The translations under genes and the position numbers were made by a program. Shown here piece by piece: positions 32,172-34,637 of a stretch of 34,637 nt of DNA (positions are counted from its first letter, which is position 1; every line of letters begins with the position of its first letter). Source of the stretch: Nemertoderma westbladi. Its lineage: Eukaryota; Animalia; Xenacoelomorpha. The DNA lies in the NCBI GenBank assembly GCA_032718475.1, contig JAUCBJ010003510.1, forward strand, positions 1-34,637. The letters are read 5' to 3'. The notes under the pieces are model-generated. The model made no database searches. It was not told the origin of the DNA and saw nothing but the letters and a program-made list of their open reading frames with translations.

Positions 32172-33365
32172 CACAATGTCCCAGAATATAGTGTCGTAAT
32201 TCAGTGACACGCCCCCCCCCTAATTTATCTACAAATCTTAATGAGATTGCATGAAATTTGAAACAGAGATAGTTTAACCTCCCGACCACTGACTGGCTGA
32301 GCCGGAATTTTTATTTTTTATTTCAATCTTTAGCTACAAGCGTTTAAAAAAAGTGTCTCCAGCGATATTACACCAGTTACACCGCAGTTATTCTTCTATC
32401 TTATAGCTGTTTGTTGGTACCAATGGAAAGTTGGCGATGCAAGGATTCAAAATATGTAACTCAATTTGAATTTCGTTGAAAAATAGCTGAGTTATGAGCG
32501 TTCAAATGTTGCATGGTTTTGCATCTGCGCAAGGCTATTTTATTCTATTTAATAAATGCATCATATTCTAGTTTATTACATCCAATCAACCACCTATAAT
32601 ATAATTTGATCGGTGGGTAAATATTATAAAAGTAATACTTTCAGTGTTCATAAATCACAATAAAATGTATATTAAATATATATAGTCCAGGTGCCGGAAG
32701 AGGTGCTATCTAGCTGCCTAGGATATCGAATAGGCCCTCTGACGGAGATTCAACTGTACCGAGGACTGCGGCCGAGTTCCTAACGAGTATTGCGACCGCG
32801 ATGCGCTGAAGCAGGAAACGATGGGAGCGAGGATCCTGTGTCGATGAATGTATCCTCCTACCGACCTCCTTCAGGAAAACTTCCGTTGCCGGACCGCGGC
32901 GACCAAACGTTTCAAAGGCGACTGGCGTGAACAGGAAACCCTGGTCAATAAGCTCCTGATATTTTCTGATCTTGAGGGTTTCCTGGTTTTCAGCAGCACG
33001 TCCGCCCCGTATGTATGCTTGTTGCCAGGTGGCTTTGGGCGAGTGGGTGTATTCTGTATTATATTCTGGAATATTTTGTTTATCCAAATACGTAGCTGGG
33101 CAACAATGCATTACATCTTTAATCATACTATTATGTAGCTATTCATACATTTAAAAAATGTTCCAGAATATGGTTTATTTATTAAATATAATAAAATAGC
33201 CTCGCGCCGGTGCAAAACCATGCAACATTTGAACGCTCATATCTCAGCTATTTTTCAACCAAATTCAAATTGTGTTACATATTTGGAATCTTTGCATGAC
33301 CAGCTTTCCATTGGTACCAACAGTGCGTGTCACTGAATTACGACACTATATTCTGGGATATGGTG
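32172..33365. mobile_element. Non-autonomous CMC-type (EnSpm/Chapaev/Transib-like termini) DNA transposon with 41-bp TIRs and a 3-bp ATA TSD
   Basis: ATA|CACAATGTCCCAGAATATAGTGTCGTAATTCAGTGACACGC...GCGTGTCACTGAATTACGACACTATATTCTGGGATATGGTG|ATA. A second inner inverted pair lies at about 32412-32556 and 33180-33322. Confidence 0.82.
32710..33050 (-). pseudogene. Second CRE-like endonuclease C-terminal fragment, nested in the CMC-type element
   Basis: GGRAAENQETLKIRKYQEL...PVAFETFGRRGPATEVFLKEVGRRI...DPRSHRFLLQRIAVAILVRNSAAVLGT. The first ~25 codons of the listed ORF come from the host element. Confidence 0.82.
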
Positions 33366-34316
33366 ATATAATGTTCGCCATTGCGCTCTGTATGACTGCC
33401 GGCACACCAATAGCGAACAGGATAGAAGAACTGATCAATAATACTAGCAACAAGAAAAACCTCTGCATATCTGCCGGCACACCAATACCCAACAGGATAG
33501 AAGATAGAAGGGAAACACTTACACATTTATTTCTAAATGATAGGGAGCACCCTTGATCAATCCCATAACCATTATACATTACTGTAGTTCGTAATTTATT
33601 ATATTTCGAATCCAAATTGTTGAATATACCGGTCCGAGAAAATAATTCTGAAACCTATTTCGAGGCGCAAGTTTTCGGTTTTTGGAAAGGTAGATCTTCG
33701 CAGTTCATATCTGGTACGCCATGCAGCGATGGTACTGTATATCCACATTGACCTCAAACAGATAACTCAGAATCGGTTTATTGGGACATTCTATCCTGCG
33801 AATGAGGCTCCAGTTACCATTCTCGACGTGCGTATAGAGATGAAACTCCAGGCTGCCCTGCGTACTATCTTCCAAAACGCGGTCGGAAATCGCTGAAATC
33901 CCAACCAGAACCCTGAAGGCTTCACGATGCGATAGCGCCATATCCATAAACTGTTCCTAGAATCGCGATGTCGTACGAGTTGTCATCGAAACCGCAATTC
34001 TTAAAAAACTTTTGGAAATACTTGGAGTAAATGGGTTTTTGACTGGTTTTCCGCATCATCCCGTCACTCCTTTCCGTCGCGTGAAGTTCTCCCTGGAAGC
34101 CGTCCTTTTTGTGGAGAAGTTCCCCAATAACTCCGGTGTGCTAGTTTCTATAGAATCCCCCTGAAAAAAGACTCCCTTGATTGGGGATTCATTCGAACAT
34201 AGGTTGAAATGAATGTCCTTCGAAGATTGGGTACTAGTTTGTAATGAATCCCATATAAAATGACTCCCAAATAATTTAAGCCTTGGTTTAAAAGAATCCC
34301 CATTCATTTCAACCTA

Positions 34317-34637
34317 GGTTTAAATGAATCCGTTGATCAACGGGATTCAATACAACCTACTGTAGGTTTCAAAGACGTCTCAGGGTTTAAATGAATCCGT
34401 TGATCAACGGGATTCAATACAACCTACTGTAGGTTTCAAAGACGTCTCTGGGTTTAAATGAATCCGTTGATCAACGGGATTCAATACAACCTACTGTAGG
34501 TTTCAAAGACGTCTCTGGGTTTAAATGAATCCCTTGATCAACGGGATTCAATACAACCTACTGTAGGTTTCAAAGACGTCTCTGGGTTTAAATGAATCCG
34601 TTGATCAACGGGATTCAATACAACCTACTGTAGGTTT
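34317..34637. repeat. 67-bp tandem repeat rich in palindromes, at least 4.8 copies, runs off the window
   Basis: Units start at 34317, 34384, 34451 and onward. Each contains GAATCCGTTGATCAACGGGATTC, AACCTACTGTAGGTT and AGACGTCT. Confidence 0.96.

Noticed and set aside
33705-33947. 80-aa ORF in a mildly GC-rich patch
   Set aside because: It is short, has no recognisable motif and has no supporting context.

Overview
AT-rich, repeat-saturated eukaryotic (most likely invertebrate animal) genomic DNA with no operon-like or housekeeping content. The standout is a near-perfect triple tandem of a 340-nt unit (8819-9846), each copy carrying an intact minimal type I hammerhead ribozyme on the + strand. 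This is the architecture of a retrozyme or Penelope-type circular RNA. The array sits antisense inside the reverse-transcriptase ORF of a CR1/L2-group LINE and splits it into two halves that can be rejoined in frame. The window also holds a >=523-codon ORF running off the left edge (missing from the ORF track) and an intronless RNF8-like RING-finger ORF lacking an FHA domain. Other content: five tandem-repeat families (22, 28, 68, 22 and 67 bp), several built on palindromes; a rearranged Helentron/DINE-like pair; a MULE-like element carrying a satellite; nested TIR elements; two tRNA-derived SINE copies; and decayed RTE-, APE- and CRE-type retrotransposon fragments. Family assignments come from motif recognition by eye only.
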